From: Thermoproteota archaeon
GTDB taxonomy: Archaea; Thermoproteota; Methanomethylicia; Methanomethylicales; Methanomethylicaceae
Direction: 5' to 3'
DNA length: 64,000 nt
NCBI GenBank assembly: GCA_029887765.1
Contig: JARXPF010000001.1
Coordinates: 64,488-128,487 of the forward strand
Both the position numbers and the translations under genes were made by a program. The notes below the pieces were generated by a model. It did no database searches and had not been told where the DNA came from. It saw only the letters and a program-made list of their open reading frames with translations. Positions 49,199 through 61,161 of this stretch are shown piece after piece. Numbering within the stretch: the first letter of the stretch is position 1; every line of letters begins with the position of its first letter.

Positions 49199-50173
49199 TT
49201 GAATCCACCTTGTGAAATTGTCGTAAGAAAATTTTTGCCAGTACTAAGAGTTTTAGTAGCAAAAGAATTAAGCCAAACCTATAATTGGCCACAAACAAAA
49301 ATTGCTGATAGATTAGGAGTTACTCAAGCAGCAGTAAGTGGATATTTAAGTCAAGATGAGAGTACTTTAGTTAGCCCACCTTTTGATTTAGAAGAATTAA
49401 AAACAATTGCAAGAAGTATTGCAGCTGAAATTAATATGAGAAAAAAAGGACAAATTGATACAATTTATGAAGTTTGTAAGATTTGTTTAAATCTTAGAAA
49501 AGGCGGGATTATATGTCATGCACATAAAATTAAAATTCCCAATTTAGTAGAAGAAAGATGTAGTATTTGTATGCAACTTCATATAGGCGTAGCTATAGAT
49601 GTAATGGATTTAAGACGTAAAGTAATTAATGAATTAAAATCAGCTTTAGAATTGATAGAAACCACTCAAGAATTTTCTATAATATTACCAGAAGTTTTCT
49701 CAAATATTGTTATGGCTATAGATGGTGCAAAAACTATATCAGATATAGCAGGTATTCCTGGAAGAATTGTTAGATTTAGAGGAAAGGCTAAAGCTCTACT
49801 TGAACCTGAGTTTGGAGTTTCTGGTCATCTTGGAAAAGTCTTACTTAAAGTAATGAAAATTAATCCAGAATTACGTGCTGCAATTAATATATGCTATAAT
49901 AAATACGTAAAGATCGCAATAGAAAGATTAGGCTTAAAAACATATGTTTTAAAAAGAGACCCAACTTCAAGAGGAGATGAAAAAACATTATTAGATTTTA
50001 TAGATGATTTAGCTAAGAAAAATGTAGGATGGGTAGATGCTATAATTGATGAAGGAGGATTTGGAATAGAACCAAATACTTATCTATTTGGAACAAGTGC
50101 AATTGAAGTAGCTGATAGAGCAGTAAGAATTGCAAGAATGGTAAGCATAATGAAAAAAAATAATATGGTGTAA
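49199..50173 (+). CDS. thiR: ThiR-like regulator (HTH + ThiN-like domain)
   Basis: PPCE, QTKIADRLGVTQAAVSGY HTH, Cys/His cluster, ThiN-like PEVFSN/FGVSGH/GIEP; divergent from thiDN. Confidence 0.78.
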   Translation: MNPPCEIVVRKFLPVLRVLVAKELSQTYNWPQTKIADRLGVTQAAVSGYLSQDESTLVSPPFDLEELKTIARSIAAEINMRKKGQIDTIYEVCKICLNLRKGGIICHAHKIKIPNLVEERCSICMQLHIGVAIDVMDLRRKVINELKSALELIETTQEFSIILPEVFSNIVMAIDGAKTISDIAGIPGRIVRFRGKAKALLEPEFGVSGHLGKVLLKVMKINPELRAAINICYNKYVKIAIERLGLKTYVLKRDPTSRGDEKTLLDFIDDLAKKNVGWVDAIIDEGGFGIEPNTYLFGTSAIEVADRAVRIARMVSIMKKNNMV

Positions 50174-50194
50174 TTTTTTATTAATTATAGAAAA

Positions 50195-51343
50195 ATGCCT
50201 ACAAATCTTCCTCCTCAAGCAAGAGCTGCTGAAAAAAAATACATGGAAGCAAAAACTCTACAAGAAAAAATAAAGTATTTACAAGAATTTCTTTCACTTA
50301 TTCCTGAACATAAAGGAACAGAAAAAATGAGGGGCTATCTCCGAAGAAGATTAGCTCAATTAAAAAAAGAGCTTGAAGAACAAAAAAAGAAAAAAACAGG
50401 TGGAGGGGGGACTAGCTTTTCTATAAAAAAAGAGGGGGCTGCTCAAGTAGTAATATTAGGATTAACTGGTTGTGGTAAAAGTTCATTAATTACAAAATTA
50501 ACAAATGCTAAATCTGAAATTTCTAATCATCCATTTACAACAAAAGAACCTATTCCTGGAATGATGCAATACGAAGACATTCAATTTCAATTAATAGACA
50601 CTCCTGCTATTTATGAAGGAGTACAAAATGGGAAATGGGGAACAAAGTTATTGAGTTTAGTAAGAAATTCTGATGGTTTAATTATATTATTAGATAGTAG
50701 CGATCCAATAACTCAGTATAATATTATACTAAATGAATTAAAAAATGCAGGAATAATAATTGAAAAAAAGACAAATAGAGTAGACATTGAATTAACAAAT
50801 GGAGGAGGAATTCAAATAAAATGCATGGGAAGAATCTCTTGTAAAATTGAAGAAGTAAAAGAATTATTTAAAGAAAGAGGAATAAGAAATGCTATAGTAA
50901 AAATTTGGGGAGAAGTTGAACTTGATGATTTTATAGAAGCAATTGAACAAACAAAAGTCTATAAGCCCACATTAATTTTAATAAATAAAATTGAGTTAAA
51001 TCCATGTGCTGTAGAAGAATTTAAAAAAATTACTGGAAAAAATGCTATAGGTATTTCAGTAAATACAGGAGAGGGATTATCAAAAATAGGAGAAGCATTA
51101 TTTAGTATTCTTGGAATTATGAGAATATATACAAAAGAACCTAATGGAGAAGTTGCAAAAAAACCACTCATAGTGCCTATAGGAACAAAAGTTATAGAAA
51201 TTGCAAAAATTGTTCACTCTCATTTATACAAGAATTTTAAATATGCCAGAGTATGGGGAAAATCTGTTAATTATGATGGAGAAAAAGTTGGTGCTGATCA
51301 TATACTTTTAGATAAAGATATTGTAGAAATAAGAATAAAGTAA
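50195..51343 (+). CDS. DRG/OBG-family GTPase with TGS domain
   Basis: MPTNLP, HKGTEK, GCGKSS, PFTT, DTPA, NKIE, C-terminal TGS. Confidence 0.93.
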   Translation: MPTNLPPQARAAEKKYMEAKTLQEKIKYLQEFLSLIPEHKGTEKMRGYLRRRLAQLKKELEEQKKKKTGGGGTSFSIKKEGAAQVVILGLTGCGKSSLITKLTNAKSEISNHPFTTKEPIPGMMQYEDIQFQLIDTPAIYEGVQNGKWGTKLLSLVRNSDGLIILLDSSDPITQYNIILNELKNAGIIIEKKTNRVDIELTNGGGIQIKCMGRISCKIEEVKELFKERGIRNAIVKIWGEVELDDFIEAIEQTKVYKPTLILINKIELNPCAVEEFKKITGKNAIGISVNTGEGLSKIGEALFSILGIMRIYTKEPNGEVAKKPLIVPIGTKVIEIAKIVHSHLYKNFKYARVWGKSVNYDGEKVGADHILLDKDIVEIRIK

Positions 51344-51358
51344 AATAAGAATAAAGTA
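51327..51358. repeat. 16-bp tandem duplication of the GTPase gene end
   Basis: aaataagaataaagta x2. Confidence 0.8.
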
Positions 51359-51392
51359 AAAGCATATTAATTAATTTAAGTTCTATTTTAAA

Positions 51393-52637
51393 ATGATAGA
51401 AATGCCAGTAAGAATTGCACAAATATCGTGTGGAACTGAATATAGTGGTATACAAAAAGAAATAGAAAAAGCTGCTGAAATGGTTGGAGGAAGAATAATA
51501 ATACCTGAAATAGATTTAAAAGATATAAATGAGGCAGAAGAAGAATTAGGATTTCATGCAGTTAGTAATGGATTGAAAATAATGATGGCAAGAGCAAAAG
51601 CTATTGTAGAAAAAAGAGTAGAAGTAGATGGAGCTTTTTTAGCTACATGTTTTAGATGTGCTGAAGGAGCTTTAGTAAGGAGTATTATTAGAAGATATAT
51701 TCAAAGTAAAAGCAAAATTCCAGTAGTAACATATTCTTTTACTGAAAGAACTAAAGCAGGAACTCTTTTATTGAGAATGGAAGCATTGGTGAACATAGTT
51801 AGTAAAAAACCACTTTTTGCAAGAACAAAACAAGAAGGTATTACAGCAGGCATAGATTCAGGATCAACAACAACAAAAGCTGTAGTTATGAAAGATAATG
51901 AAATTATTGGTATTGGATGGTTGCCAACAACAAGTGTTTTAGAAAGTGGTAAAAAAGCACTTGAAATTGCATTAAAAGAAGCAAAATTAAGTATTGATAA
52001 ATTAGAAGCCATAGGTGTTACAGGTTATGGAAGAAGAATATTAAAAGAATATTATAATGCACAACTTTCAATGGAAGAAGTTTCCACATGTTCAAAAGGA
52101 GCATTATATCTATGTAACAAGCAACAAGGAGATGCTACAGTAATAGACATAGGAGGTATGGATAATAAAGCTATTACACTTTATGATAGTATACCAGATA
52201 GTTTTACAGTTGGAGGAGTTTGTGCTGGAGCTTCTGGTAGATTTCTAGAGACAAGTGCAAAAAGATTAGGAATAACTCTTGATGAATTTGGAGAATTAGC
52301 ACTTAGAGGAGATTATAGAAATGTATCAATGAATGCATATTGTATAGTTTTTGGTCTTCAAGACTTAGTTGCAGCATTAGCTAGTGGAGCAAAAATAGAG
52401 GATGTTGCAGCTGCAGCATGTTATAGTGTAGCTGAACAAGTTTTTGAACAACAACTTCAAGAAATTGATATAAGATATCCAATAATTCAAGTAGGATCTA
52501 CAGCACTTATAAAAGGTCTTGTAAAAGCTATGTCTAATATTTTAAGTACAGATGTTATAGTTCCAGAAAAACCTAATTTAATAGGAGCTGTTGGAGTTGC
52601 ATTAATGGTTTCGGGTATGAAAGAACTTGAAAGGTGA
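51393..52637 (+). CDS. mmp15: Methanogenesis marker protein 15 (ASKHA / CoA-activase-like)
   Basis: [52 protein letters not shown]. Confidence 0.94.
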   Translation: MIEMPVRIAQISCGTEYSGIQKEIEKAAEMVGGRIIIPEIDLKDINEAEEELGFHAVSNGLKIMMARAKAIVEKRVEVDGAFLATCFRCAEGALVRSIIRRYIQSKSKIPVVTYSFTERTKAGTLLLRMEALVNIVSKKPLFARTKQEGITAGIDSGSTTTKAVVMKDNEIIGIGWLPTTSVLESGKKALEIALKEAKLSIDKLEAIGVTGYGRRILKEYYNAQLSMEEVSTCSKGALYLCNKQQGDATVIDIGGMDNKAITLYDSIPDSFTVGGVCAGASGRFLETSAKRLGITLDEFGELALRGDYRNVSMNAYCIVFGLQDLVAALASGAKIEDVAAAACYSVAEQVFEQQLQEIDIRYPIIQVGSTALIKGLVKAMSNILSTDVIVPEKPNLIGAVGVALMVSGMKELER

Positions 52638-53832
52638 AAAAGTGATTTTAAAATCGATTAAGAAAATTTGTAAAGAAGGAACACATAGAGCTAAAGATTT
52701 CAATGAAACTTTACTTTTTTTAGAAAATATTTATCATAAAGCAGGAATAACAAGAATAGCAGATATAACTGGACTTGATATTATAGGAATACCAGTATTT
52801 ACTTCTATTAGACCTACTGCTGCTGAAGGAGCAATAACTGTCTATAATGGAAAAGGTCATACACCTGAAGTTGCTAAAATTTCAGCAATAATGGAAGGTA
52901 TTGAAAGATATTCAGCTGAACCAGATTATTCAAAGATTATAAAAGGAAGTTATGAAGAATTATCTAAATCATATGAAATTTTAAACCCTAATGAATTAAT
53001 ATTACCATACTATAGACAATATTTTTTTCATGAGGAAATAGAATGGGTATTTGGCTTTTCATTAATAAAAAATAAAGAAATTTTAGTACCTGCTGAAGCT
53101 GTTTTTCATCCATATAGAAGAAATAATCAATTATTTAGAACAAATACTAATGGACTTGCTGCAGGAAATGTTATTGAAGAAGCCATATTACATGCATTAT
53201 TGGAAGTTATAGAAAGAGATGCATGGTCTTTATATGAAATAGGAATTACAAAATCTAAAGATGTAGAAATAGATTCGAATGGACTAGTAAAAGAATTATT
53301 AAAAAAATTTGAAAAAGCTTCTATAAGCGTATACATAAAAGAAATAACTTCAGATATAGAAATTACAACAATAGCAGTAGCACTAGATGATGAAAAAACA
53401 AAAGATCCAGCATTACTTTCACTTGGTATAGGCTGTCACTTAGTTCCTGAAATAGCACTTATAAGAGCTTTAACTGAAGCTGCACAAAGTAGACTAACAA
53501 CAATACATGGAACAAGAGAAGATACTTATAGAGCTGGTTTTGCAAGAATAATAGGATATGAAAGAATGAAAAGATTAAATAAAAAATGGTTTGAAAAATC
53601 TGAGGAAAAAGTAAGATTAAGTGAAATGAAATGTTTTGATAGTTCAGATTTTCTAGATGATATAAATTATATTCTAAATAAGTTAAGAAAAGTAGGATTA
53701 AATGAAGTCATTGTAGTTGATTTAACTAAAAAAGAAATTGAAGTACCTGTTGTTAGAGTAATAGTTCCAGGATTAGAGGTATATGCATTAGATAAAGATA
53801 GAATAGGAAGACGTTGTAAGAGGAAAAAATAA
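52627..53832 (+). CDS. ycaO: YcaO-family McrA-glycine thioamidation protein (marker 1)
   Basis: [53 protein letters not shown]. Confidence 0.94.
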   Translation: MKGEKVILKSIKKICKEGTHRAKDFNETLLFLENIYHKAGITRIADITGLDIIGIPVFTSIRPTAAEGAITVYNGKGHTPEVAKISAIMEGIERYSAEPDYSKIIKGSYEELSKSYEILNPNELILPYYRQYFFHEEIEWVFGFSLIKNKEILVPAEAVFHPYRRNNQLFRTNTNGLAAGNVIEEAILHALLEVIERDAWSLYEIGITKSKDVEIDSNGLVKELLKKFEKASISVYIKEITSDIEITTIAVALDDEKTKDPALLSLGIGCHLVPEIALIRALTEAAQSRLTTIHGTREDTYRAGFARIIGYERMKRLNKKWFEKSEEKVRLSEMKCFDSSDFLDDINYILNKLRKVGLNEVIVVDLTKKEIEVPVVRVIVPGLEVYALDKDRIGRRCKRKK

Positions 53833-54470
53833 TGAAAATTATAGTATTTTTAGGTCCAAGCTTACCATTAAATGAAGCTAAAAATATAATTTCAGTAGAA
53901 TATAGACCTCCAGCAGGTAGAGGAGATGTTTTGAAGGCTATGGATGAAGGAGCAAAAATTATTGGATTAATTGATGGAGTTTTTTACCAAAGAGCTGCAG
54001 TATCACATAGAGAAATTTTAAGTGCTATTAAAAATGGAGTCATGGTTATTGGAGGAGGAAGTATTGGAGCAATAAGAGCAAGTGAATTAGACATTTATGG
54101 AATGATAGGTGTTGGTGAAATTTATAAATGGTATAAACAAGGAAAAATTATTGGTGATGATGAAGTAGCTGTAGCCTTTCATCCAATAACATATCAACCA
54201 ATTTCAGAAGCATTAGTTAATATTAGAGCAACTCTTGATTTCATTAAAAATATGGGAAAAATTTCTGAAGAAGAAGTTAATTTAATTTTGCGAATTGCAA
54301 AAGAGACGCCCTTCTACTTAAGAAGTTATAATAGGATATTACAAAAAGCAATTCTTGAATTAGGAAAAGAAAGAGTAAAAGAAATTGCAGAATTAGTAAA
54401 TTACAATAAAATAGATCAAAAAAAATTGGATTCTATTGAAGTATTAAAAAAAATAAAGAGTATCATTTAA
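53832..54470 (+). CDS. tfuA: TfuA-related McrA-glycine thioamidation protein
   Basis: VFLGPSL, PPAGRGD, IDGVF, GAIRASEL, DDEVAV, NIRAT; follows ycaO. Confidence 0.94.
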   Translation: MKIIVFLGPSLPLNEAKNIISVEYRPPAGRGDVLKAMDEGAKIIGLIDGVFYQRAAVSHREILSAIKNGVMVIGGGSIGAIRASELDIYGMIGVGEIYKWYKQGKIIGDDEVAVAFHPITYQPISEALVNIRATLDFIKNMGKISEEEVNLILRIAKETPFYLRSYNRILQKAILELGKERVKEIAELVNYNKIDQKKLDSIEVLKKIKSII

Positions 54471-54513
54471 ATATTGGCTATTTTAAATACAATTTGACTC
54501 ATGGGGAAAGGTA

Positions 54514-56112
54514 ATGACAGAACCATTCATTATATTAGACAATGTTTCTAAAAAATTTGGCAATAATTATGTTCTTAAAAATATATCATTTATAATAAAT
54601 GAAGGAGATTGCATTGGAATTTTAGGAAAAAGTGGATCTGGTAAAAGTGTATTAATATCAATGATTAAGGGTTTAAATAATTATGAACCTACATCAGGTA
54701 AAATAATATATAGAATAGCTTATTGTAAATTATGTGGTTTTGTTGAAAGACCAAGTAAAGCTGGAGAGAGATGCCCTAATTGTAAAAATAATTTAGAATT
54801 AATAGAAGTAGATTTTTGGAATGAAAAAACAATTGCACAACATATTAAAAAAAGAGTTGCTATTATGTTTCAAAGAACTTTTGCCCTTTATGGTAATTTA
54901 ACAGTCTATGAAAATATAGTAGAAGCATTTGGTAGAAGATGGAAAGAAGAAAATGCTGAAATTACAAAAAAAGCTTTAAAACTTATAGAAAAAATGGGGC
55001 TTTCTCATAGATTAATTCATATAGCAAGAGATTTAAGTGGAGGAGAAAAACAGAGAGTCGTATTAGCTAGACAATTAGCCATAGATCCAATATTATTACT
55101 TGCAGATGAACCAACAGGAACACTTGATCCCTCAAGTACAAAAATGATATATGATGTACTTAATGAAATAAAAGAACAAAAAATAACAATGATAATTACC
55201 TCACATTTAACAGAAACTATAGAAGCATTAAGTAATAAAGCTATTCTATTGAATCATGGAAAAATTGAGGCTGTGGGAGAACCAAAAGAAATTATAAAAA
55301 TTTTCCTATCAGAAGGTTTAGAAGAAATTAAGGAAGAGAAAACATTAGTAGAAGATGTTATATTAAAAGTAGAAAATGTTAAGAAATATTTCTTTTCCAT
55401 AGATAGAGGAATTGTTAAAGCATTAGATGGAGTTTCTTTTGAAGTATTGAAGGGACAAATATTTGGAATTGTAGGAGTAAGTGGAGCAGGAAAAACTACA
55501 CTTTCAAGAATAATAGCAGGACTAACTACACCTACTTCTGGAAAGGTATTAATAAAAATAGGTGATGAGTGGGTGGACATGAGTGAGCCAGGAATTATGG
55601 GGAGAGGAAGAGCTACTAATTATATAGGAATACTACATCAAGAATATTCTCTATATCCATATAGGACTATATTAGAAAATCTTACAGATGCTATTGGATT
55701 GGAATTACCAGATGAATTTGCCAAATTTAAAGCATTAATGACACTTAAAGCTGTAGGTTTTGAAGAGGACTATGCAGAAAGTTTATTAAATAAATATCCA
55801 GATGAACTAAGTGAAGGAGAGAGACATAGAATAGCACTTTCTCAAGTATTAATAAAAGAGCCTTTATTAGTAATATTAGACGAACCAACAGGAACCATAG
55901 ATCAAGTAACTCAAAAGTATATTATAAAATCTATAAAAAATGCAAGAAAAGAACTTAAACAAACATTTATAATAATTTCACATGATGTAAATTTTGTAAT
56001 TAAAACGTGTGATGAAGCTATTTTACTTAGAAATGGAAATATAATAGCAAAAGGACCTACTACTGAAGTTGTTAAACACTTATTACCTGAGGAAAAATTA
56101 AGTAATGCTTAA
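54514..56112 (+). CDS. atwA: Methyl-coenzyme M reductase system component A2
   Basis: Two NBDs with zinc motif [43 protein letters not shown]. Confidence 0.95.
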   Translation: MTEPFIILDNVSKKFGNNYVLKNISFIINEGDCIGILGKSGSGKSVLISMIKGLNNYEPTSGKIIYRIAYCKLCGFVERPSKAGERCPNCKNNLELIEVDFWNEKTIAQHIKKRVAIMFQRTFALYGNLTVYENIVEAFGRRWKEENAEITKKALKLIEKMGLSHRLIHIARDLSGGEKQRVVLARQLAIDPILLLADEPTGTLDPSSTKMIYDVLNEIKEQKITMIITSHLTETIEALSNKAILLNHGKIEAVGEPKEIIKIFLSEGLEEIKEEKTLVEDVILKVENVKKYFFSIDRGIVKALDGVSFEVLKGQIFGIVGVSGAGKTTLSRIIAGLTTPTSGKVLIKIGDEWVDMSEPGIMGRGRATNYIGILHQEYSLYPYRTILENLTDAIGLELPDEFAKFKALMTLKAVGFEEDYAESLLNKYPDELSEGERHRIALSQVLIKEPLLVILDEPTGTIDQVTQKYIIKSIKNARKELKQTFIIISHDVNFVIKTCDEAILLRNGNIIAKGPTTEVVKHLLPEEKLSNA

Positions 56113-57033
56113 TCCAATAACAGATTCTTTTGAAAAATCGATGAATGTAGCTCTAGATCCTTTAAATATAACTTCAAGCTTTTTATTCTCAGTAAATTCA
56201 CCAATACACTCAACAGAAAAACCAACTTCTTCTAAAATATTAATATTCTCCTCTTTAGACAATCCAAAAATAAAGCCCATTGCTGGATATGAAGTTAGCC
56301 ATTCTATAATAGATAAGTCCTTAGGAATTGGTACTTTACTGAGATCAATTAATGCACCCACATTACTTGCTTCACATAACATTGCGAGACTTCCTAATAT
56401 TCCTGGGGCACTAATATCTTTTGAACATTTCACATTATTACTATTAATGAAAGATATTAATGCTGATAACATTTCCTTAATCTTTTTTGAAGATTTTTTT
56501 ATAGTACTATCAAAGCATTTAACCCAACCTTTTTTAATTAAAAATCCATCAATGTCTATTGCTATGAAAATTTTTTGAGAAGGTCTAGCAGTATCACCTC
56601 TTACAACTTTATTTGCAATTCCAATTACTGCAGCATCTACAGAAGAATATGATGTATCTGGATGTGTATGTCCTTTAAGAAGTTTAAGTCCATACTTTTC
56701 TAATCCATCCTTTATTCCTTTTGCAATTTTACTTCTAATTTCTCTTGGTCCTGCTATTACATTTACATATCCAATTGGCCATGCTCCTTTTACAATAACA
56801 TCATTTACATTAACAAGAACAGAATAATAGCCAGCTAACCATGGATCTATAATAACTAAATCTTCAGTTATACCATCAGTTGAAACTACAATATATCTTC
56901 CATTTAAACTTATTATACCAGCATCATCATAATCTATATTTCCAAAAATTTTAATTATCTCACCAATTTCTACTTTCCTAGAAAAACCTTTGAATTCCTT
57001 TGCTATACGAATAATTTCATCTAAAGATTCCAA
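56098..57033 (-). CDS. mmp2: Methanogenesis marker protein 2 (AIR synthase / PurM-like)
   Basis: FKGFSRK, DDAG, DPWLAGYYSVLVNVND, GHTHPD, KDISAPGILGS. Confidence 0.85.
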   Translation of the reverse strand: MESLDEIIRIAKEFKGFSRKVEIGEIIKIFGNIDYDDAGIISLNGRYIVVSTDGITEDLVIIDPWLAGYYSVLVNVNDVIVKGAWPIGYVNVIAGPREIRSKIAKGIKDGLEKYGLKLLKGHTHPDTSYSSVDAAVIGIANKVVRGDTARPSQKIFIAIDIDGFLIKKGWVKCFDSTIKKSSKKIKEMLSALISFINSNNVKCSKDISAPGILGSLAMLCEASNVGALIDLSKVPIPKDLSIIEWLTSYPAMGFIFGLSKEENINILEEVGFSVECIGEFTENKKLEVIFKGSRATFIDFSKESVIGLSIT

Positions 57034-57084
57034 TAAAATCCCCTCAAATTAATAAGGAAAAAAGTACATATTTATATTAAGATT

Positions 57085-57372
57085 TTGGAGGTGATTAAGA
57101 TTAAAGAAGGAACTGTAGTAATTTATAAAAGAACTGGTACAATTGGAAAAATTGTAGAATTAAAAAATATAGATGGAAAAGTTTGGGCAAGACTTGATAC
57201 TACTAATCTTTTATATGATATAGATTTCTTAGAAGAAGCTAAAGAATATGAGCAAGAAATAGAAAAAATCAATCAAAAAGAAGAAAAGAAAATAGAAAAA
57301 ATCATTGAAGTAAAAGAAATTAAAGATGAAGGAACTATGGATTCTAGTGCCGGAGTGTGTGGTGCAGGTTAA
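57085..57372 (+). CDS. DUF2098 family protein
   Basis: VIYKRTGTIGKIV...WARLD.TNLLY, acidic linker, C-terminal CGAG; true start uncertain. Confidence 0.82.
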   Translation: MEVIKIKEGTVVIYKRTGTIGKIVELKNIDGKVWARLDTTNLLYDIDFLEEAKEYEQEIEKINQKEEKKIEKIIEVKEIKDEGTMDSSAGVCGAG

Positions 57373-57374
57373 TT

Positions 57375-58115
57375 TTGAAATTTGCAATAGTATTTGATAA
57401 ATCTGGAACTATTTTAAAACCATGTAGAGTGGCTTTTGACATAAAAAGAAAGAAGCTACTTTATCATATAAGTACATTAAAACTTGTAAAAGATGTTGAT
57501 GGTTATTTACTAAATATAGAAGGAGATATTAAAAAAATAAAGAGTGGAAAACAAAAACCTTTTTTCAAAATAAGTTGTACATTTTCTAAGATTTTACCAA
57601 AAATTGAAGAAGATATAATACTTAAAAAAGAAATTTTAGAAGCTTTAGAAAAAGTTGAAGAAGAAGCAAGTAGACATTGTAATTCTGAAATAGGAACTTG
57701 CACTGCATTAATATTAAACAATTATGGAGAGCCAATATATGCCATAGGACTAGGTGGTAGAATATATGAAGATTTTAAAAATATAGTAGATGAAATAAGG
57801 TCTAAAAGTGATATATTTATAGCAACAGGAAATTGTAAAAATGCTACATTAAAATTCATAAAGAAGTTAAAAATAAATAAACATTTTGTAATATATAATG
57901 CCTCTCCAAAGGAGAAAATGGAATTTGTAAAAATGCTTAAATTATTTTATGCTTATGTTATTATGGTAGGAAATGATATTAATGATTTAATGGCAATGAA
58001 GGAGGCAGATATTTCTATTTTTGTAAATAGAGAAAATGAAGATATTAATTATGATGTAGATTATATTATAAAATCCCTAAATGATCTTCCAAAAATAATA
58101 TCAGTTAAATTTTAA
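57375..58115 (+). CDS. HAD family hydrolase (soluble P-type ATPase-like)
   Basis: VFDKSGT, IATGN, K, MVGNDIND. Confidence 0.8.
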   Translation: MKFAIVFDKSGTILKPCRVAFDIKRKKLLYHISTLKLVKDVDGYLLNIEGDIKKIKSGKQKPFFKISCTFSKILPKIEEDIILKKEILEALEKVEEEASRHCNSEIGTCTALILNNYGEPIYAIGLGGRIYEDFKNIVDEIRSKSDIFIATGNCKNATLKFIKKLKINKHFVIYNASPKEKMEFVKMLKLFYAYVIMVGNDINDLMAMKEADISIFVNRENEDINYDVDYIIKSLNDLPKIISVKF

Positions 58116-58688
58116 GATATCATAATAATGACATTGATATTCTGAATGAAAATGAGGTAAAGCTTTTGCTAATTCTATTTCCAACACTCTTAAATTTATC
58201 AATTCATAATCTTTAATTATTGATGACAATCCTTCTTGAATAGATTTAGTACAGAATATACTATGTGGAACAAATCCAGCTGTAGTTATGAAAATGCAAT
58301 TTTTATCTAATTTTATTAATTCATTAATATGTTTCTCATCAAAGCCATATCGTACTTCTTCAAAAAAAGACTTAATACAACAATTAGGATAATTCAAAAA
58401 TCTTCCAATTTCCCAATCTGAAAAATTCTTATTAAAAATTCCAATTTGTAATGATGTATAAGGATCTAAAGCAGGACGAACAGGTGGATTAAAAGATTTT
58501 ACAATTTCTAATTGTAAATTTAATCTCTCAGGAATATCAAAAAGACGATCTTCTTGAAATAATTTTGCAATATGTTCTGCAAAGTTAGGAAAATTAAAAT
58601 ATTTTTCTCTCGCTTCTTTAGGTGAAAGTGTAGAAATATCAAAAATAGTTTCAATAATTTTTTTTAAAGCTAAATAACCTCTTTTCAT
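58101..58688 (-). CDS. DUF483-like protein downstream of mcrA
   Basis: VRPALD, GRFLNYPNCCIKSF, GFVPHSIFC. Confidence 0.6.
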   Translation of the reverse strand: MKRGYLALKKIIETIFDISTLSPKEAREKYFNFPNFAEHIAKLFQEDRLFDIPERLNLQLEIVKSFNPPVRPALDPYTSLQIGIFNKNFSDWEIGRFLNYPNCCIKSFFEEVRYGFDEKHINELIKLDKNCIFITTAGFVPHSIFCTKSIQEGLSSIIKDYELINLRVLEIELAKALPHFHSEYQCHYYDILKFN

Positions 58689-58704
58689 AAAAAAAATAAA
58701 AAAA

Positions 58705-60372
58705 TTAATGACTTGGTATTATTAGATCTCTTTCTCCTGCAGGCATGAATTCTCTAAGAGCACCTTTTCCAAAGCAAAGTCTTGGATGTGTAAAATCAAA
58801 TTTCAAGTCTTTATCAGCAAAAGCAACCTTTATTAATGGATTTGTTGTCCAAGCGTCACCTCTTCCACCATGAGCAGCTGAAACTATTCCAGTATAAGCT
58901 GATTGATGACCTACATTCATAGCATAGTTTGGATAGTTAACTCCTCTTAAGTTAAATACTAGTCCTTCATCACTTCTCCAAGAGAAGCTATTTGCTGAGC
59001 CACATTGATCTTGACAGTCGTAACCATAAAATCCTAATCTTCCCATTTCTTCTTTATGTAATAATTGACTTAAGTACCAACCATTTACACCAGCTGTAGC
59101 ATGACCAGTTGCAAGAGCCACAGATACACCTGCTGCAGCTGCTACAACTGCAGCTCTTTGAGAACCACCAAAGTGAGTCTCCATTAATGCAGGATATCTC
59201 TCATATTGTTCTAATCCATAAATTGATACTTCTGTTGCTATATCTTTAATTATATCCCAACTTGGTTTAACTTTTGCAAATCCACCATATTTCTTCTTTA
59301 CATAGTCTGCACCATAGTAACAGAAATCATCTAATATATTGTCTGTATAAGTACAAGTTGCATATTGTGTAAAGCCTACACCACCAGACATATAACTACC
59401 AAACCAGAATTGATCATAAAGTACTGCTCCCATGGATATGGCTTCTAAAGCCACCCAAACAGGATCATCTGGTTTAACTCTTGAAGCTTGACATATATCT
59501 GCAACATAGCCTAATGGAATTCCTCCAGGTTCATTAGGACCTCTTGCTCTTCTCCAAGGTAGTAATGTGCCCATTTCAATTAGTTCTGCATGTTTTGCGG
59601 CAAATGCAAATTCTCCTACTGCAGCTTCACCTGCCATTAACTTATAAGCATTAATCATAGACATTGAAATTTGCATAGCTGCCCATCTTGACATTGTAGC
59701 ACCATCACATGTCATGGCTACAATTGTGGGCATTCTACAAACTTGATATAATCGTTTGCCAATAGCAGCTTTTAATTGTGCAGCATGATCTGGTGGAAAT
59801 TCTTTATTAATATCTATTAAGAATCTATCATCAATTTCATCAGCTAATTCATCATCACCAGTAAATACTTTAACATAACTATCTGAGACTAATCCAGGAT
59901 GAGTTTCTACCATATGTTCTTGAACTACTGCAGCACCAGGTAGAGCATGATTTAAAACTTCTAAGTAGTGATTTATAGTTTCAGGAGTTACTTCTTTACC
60001 AAGTCTCTTTGTTAGAACCATATGTGCTGCATCAAGACCTACTATAACTGTACGTCTGATATCATGCCACATTTGTTGCATTGCAGCATTATTAATAAAG
60101 TGAAGATCATCTCCTTCACAATAAATATCTGTTCCTGATAAACGATATGGCATTAAAACTCTTTGTCCTAAAGGTATGCCACCTAAGTGAAGGTCTGGAT
60201 TATAAAATGGAATTCCTCTTTCTTTCGCAATTTTTTGAGCAATTTCTACGAATTCTCTTTTCCTTTTTGATTGTTTCCATCCATCATATATATAGAATTT
60301 TGTATATTTTTCTTCAGGAGCTTCTTTAAATTTTCTTCTCAAAGCCTCTATAAACATTTTTTCTTCACTCAT
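58705..60372 (-). CDS. mcrA: Methyl-coenzyme M reductase alpha subunit
   Basis: [71 protein letters not shown]. Confidence 0.99.
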   Translation of the reverse strand: MSEEKMFIEALRRKFKEAPEEKYTKFYIYDGWKQSKRKREFVEIAQKIAKERGIPFYNPDLHLGGIPLGQRVLMPYRLSGTDIYCEGDDLHFINNAAMQQMWHDIRRTVIVGLDAAHMVLTKRLGKEVTPETINHYLEVLNHALPGAAVVQEHMVETHPGLVSDSYVKVFTGDDELADEIDDRFLIDINKEFPPDHAAQLKAAIGKRLYQVCRMPTIVAMTCDGATMSRWAAMQISMSMINAYKLMAGEAAVGEFAFAAKHAELIEMGTLLPWRRARGPNEPGGIPLGYVADICQASRVKPDDPVWVALEAISMGAVLYDQFWFGSYMSGGVGFTQYATCTYTDNILDDFCYYGADYVKKKYGGFAKVKPSWDIIKDIATEVSIYGLEQYERYPALMETHFGGSQRAAVVAAAAGVSVALATGHATAGVNGWYLSQLLHKEEMGRLGFYGYDCQDQCGSANSFSWRSDEGLVFNLRGVNYPNYAMNVGHQSAYTGIVSAAHGGRGDAWTTNPLIKVAFADKDLKFDFTHPRLCFGKGALREFMPAGERDLIIPSH

Positions 60373-60383
60373 AAATTCACCCC

Positions 60384-61160
60384 CTATATTCCTTTAATTT
60401 TATTTGGATTAAAACCTGCTTCTGTTCTTAACATATGAATTCTTTGTATAAACTGAATTAATTCATTATCCGTTCTAAAACTTATACCATCAACTCTGAA
60501 TTCACTTGTCCTTTTTCTTAATTCTTCTTCAGGCATAGGCTTTCCTAATGAAATTGGTTTATCTAAAGGTACGCCTACTTGATCCTTAATATATATTACT
60601 TCACCAGTAGTTTTATCATATTGATATCTTCGTAATGCATCAAACATTAGTCCATTTTCATCTAATCTTAAAGCATGCCCATGTACTGTAGCTCCTCTAA
60701 TTCCCACTCTTGCTGGATCAAAGACTTCAGTTTCAATAAGTTCTTTTGCTACTTTTTCTAAATCACGTTCTCTTGCTTCTAATGGTACTCTACCAGAGAG
60801 AACTCCAATATCTACTCCACGATATCTATAATGCCCCATCCATGCTCTCATGTATGGTGTCAATGGAGCGAAGTATACTGAGTCTGTAAATTGAACATAT
60901 CGAATTCTATCTCCTGCTTTTGCACCTGGTGTAGGTTCAACTAATTGTCTAATTGGACAATCTGGCTCTCCCATTTCTTCAAGAGGTGGATGAACACTTT
61001 TATAAGCTTCTCCTGGAGCTCTATGACCTAATATTCTAACTAAATCCTCATCACTTATTGATCTTAGTTTTTCCAATTTATAATTTGGATTAATATACTT
61101 TCTTCTATTAGCAGCTATAGCTGAAGATCCAGGATAATATTGAGGAGTATATTCTACCAA
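60384..61160 (-). CDS. mcrG: Methyl-coenzyme M reductase gamma subunit
   Basis: [47 protein letters not shown]. Confidence 0.98.
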   Translation of the reverse strand: MVEYTPQYYPGSSAIAANRRKYINPNYKLEKLRSISDEDLVRILGHRAPGEAYKSVHPPLEEMGEPDCPIRQLVEPTPGAKAGDRIRYVQFTDSVYFAPLTPYMRAWMGHYRYRGVDIGVLSGRVPLEARERDLEKVAKELIETEVFDPARVGIRGATVHGHALRLDENGLMFDALRRYQYDKTTGEVIYIKDQVGVPLDKPISLGKPMPEEELRKRTSEFRVDGISFRTDNELIQFIQRIHMLRTEAGFNPNKIKGI

Positions 61161-61161
61161 T

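Noticed and set aside
51327-51358. Target-site duplication or att site
   Set aside because: The copies are adjacent with nothing inserted; most simply replication slippage
52627-54470. YcaO-TfuA as a thioamide RiPP biosynthetic cluster
   Set aside because: No precursor peptide nearby; the mmp15/atwA/mcrA context indicates McrA thioglycine formation
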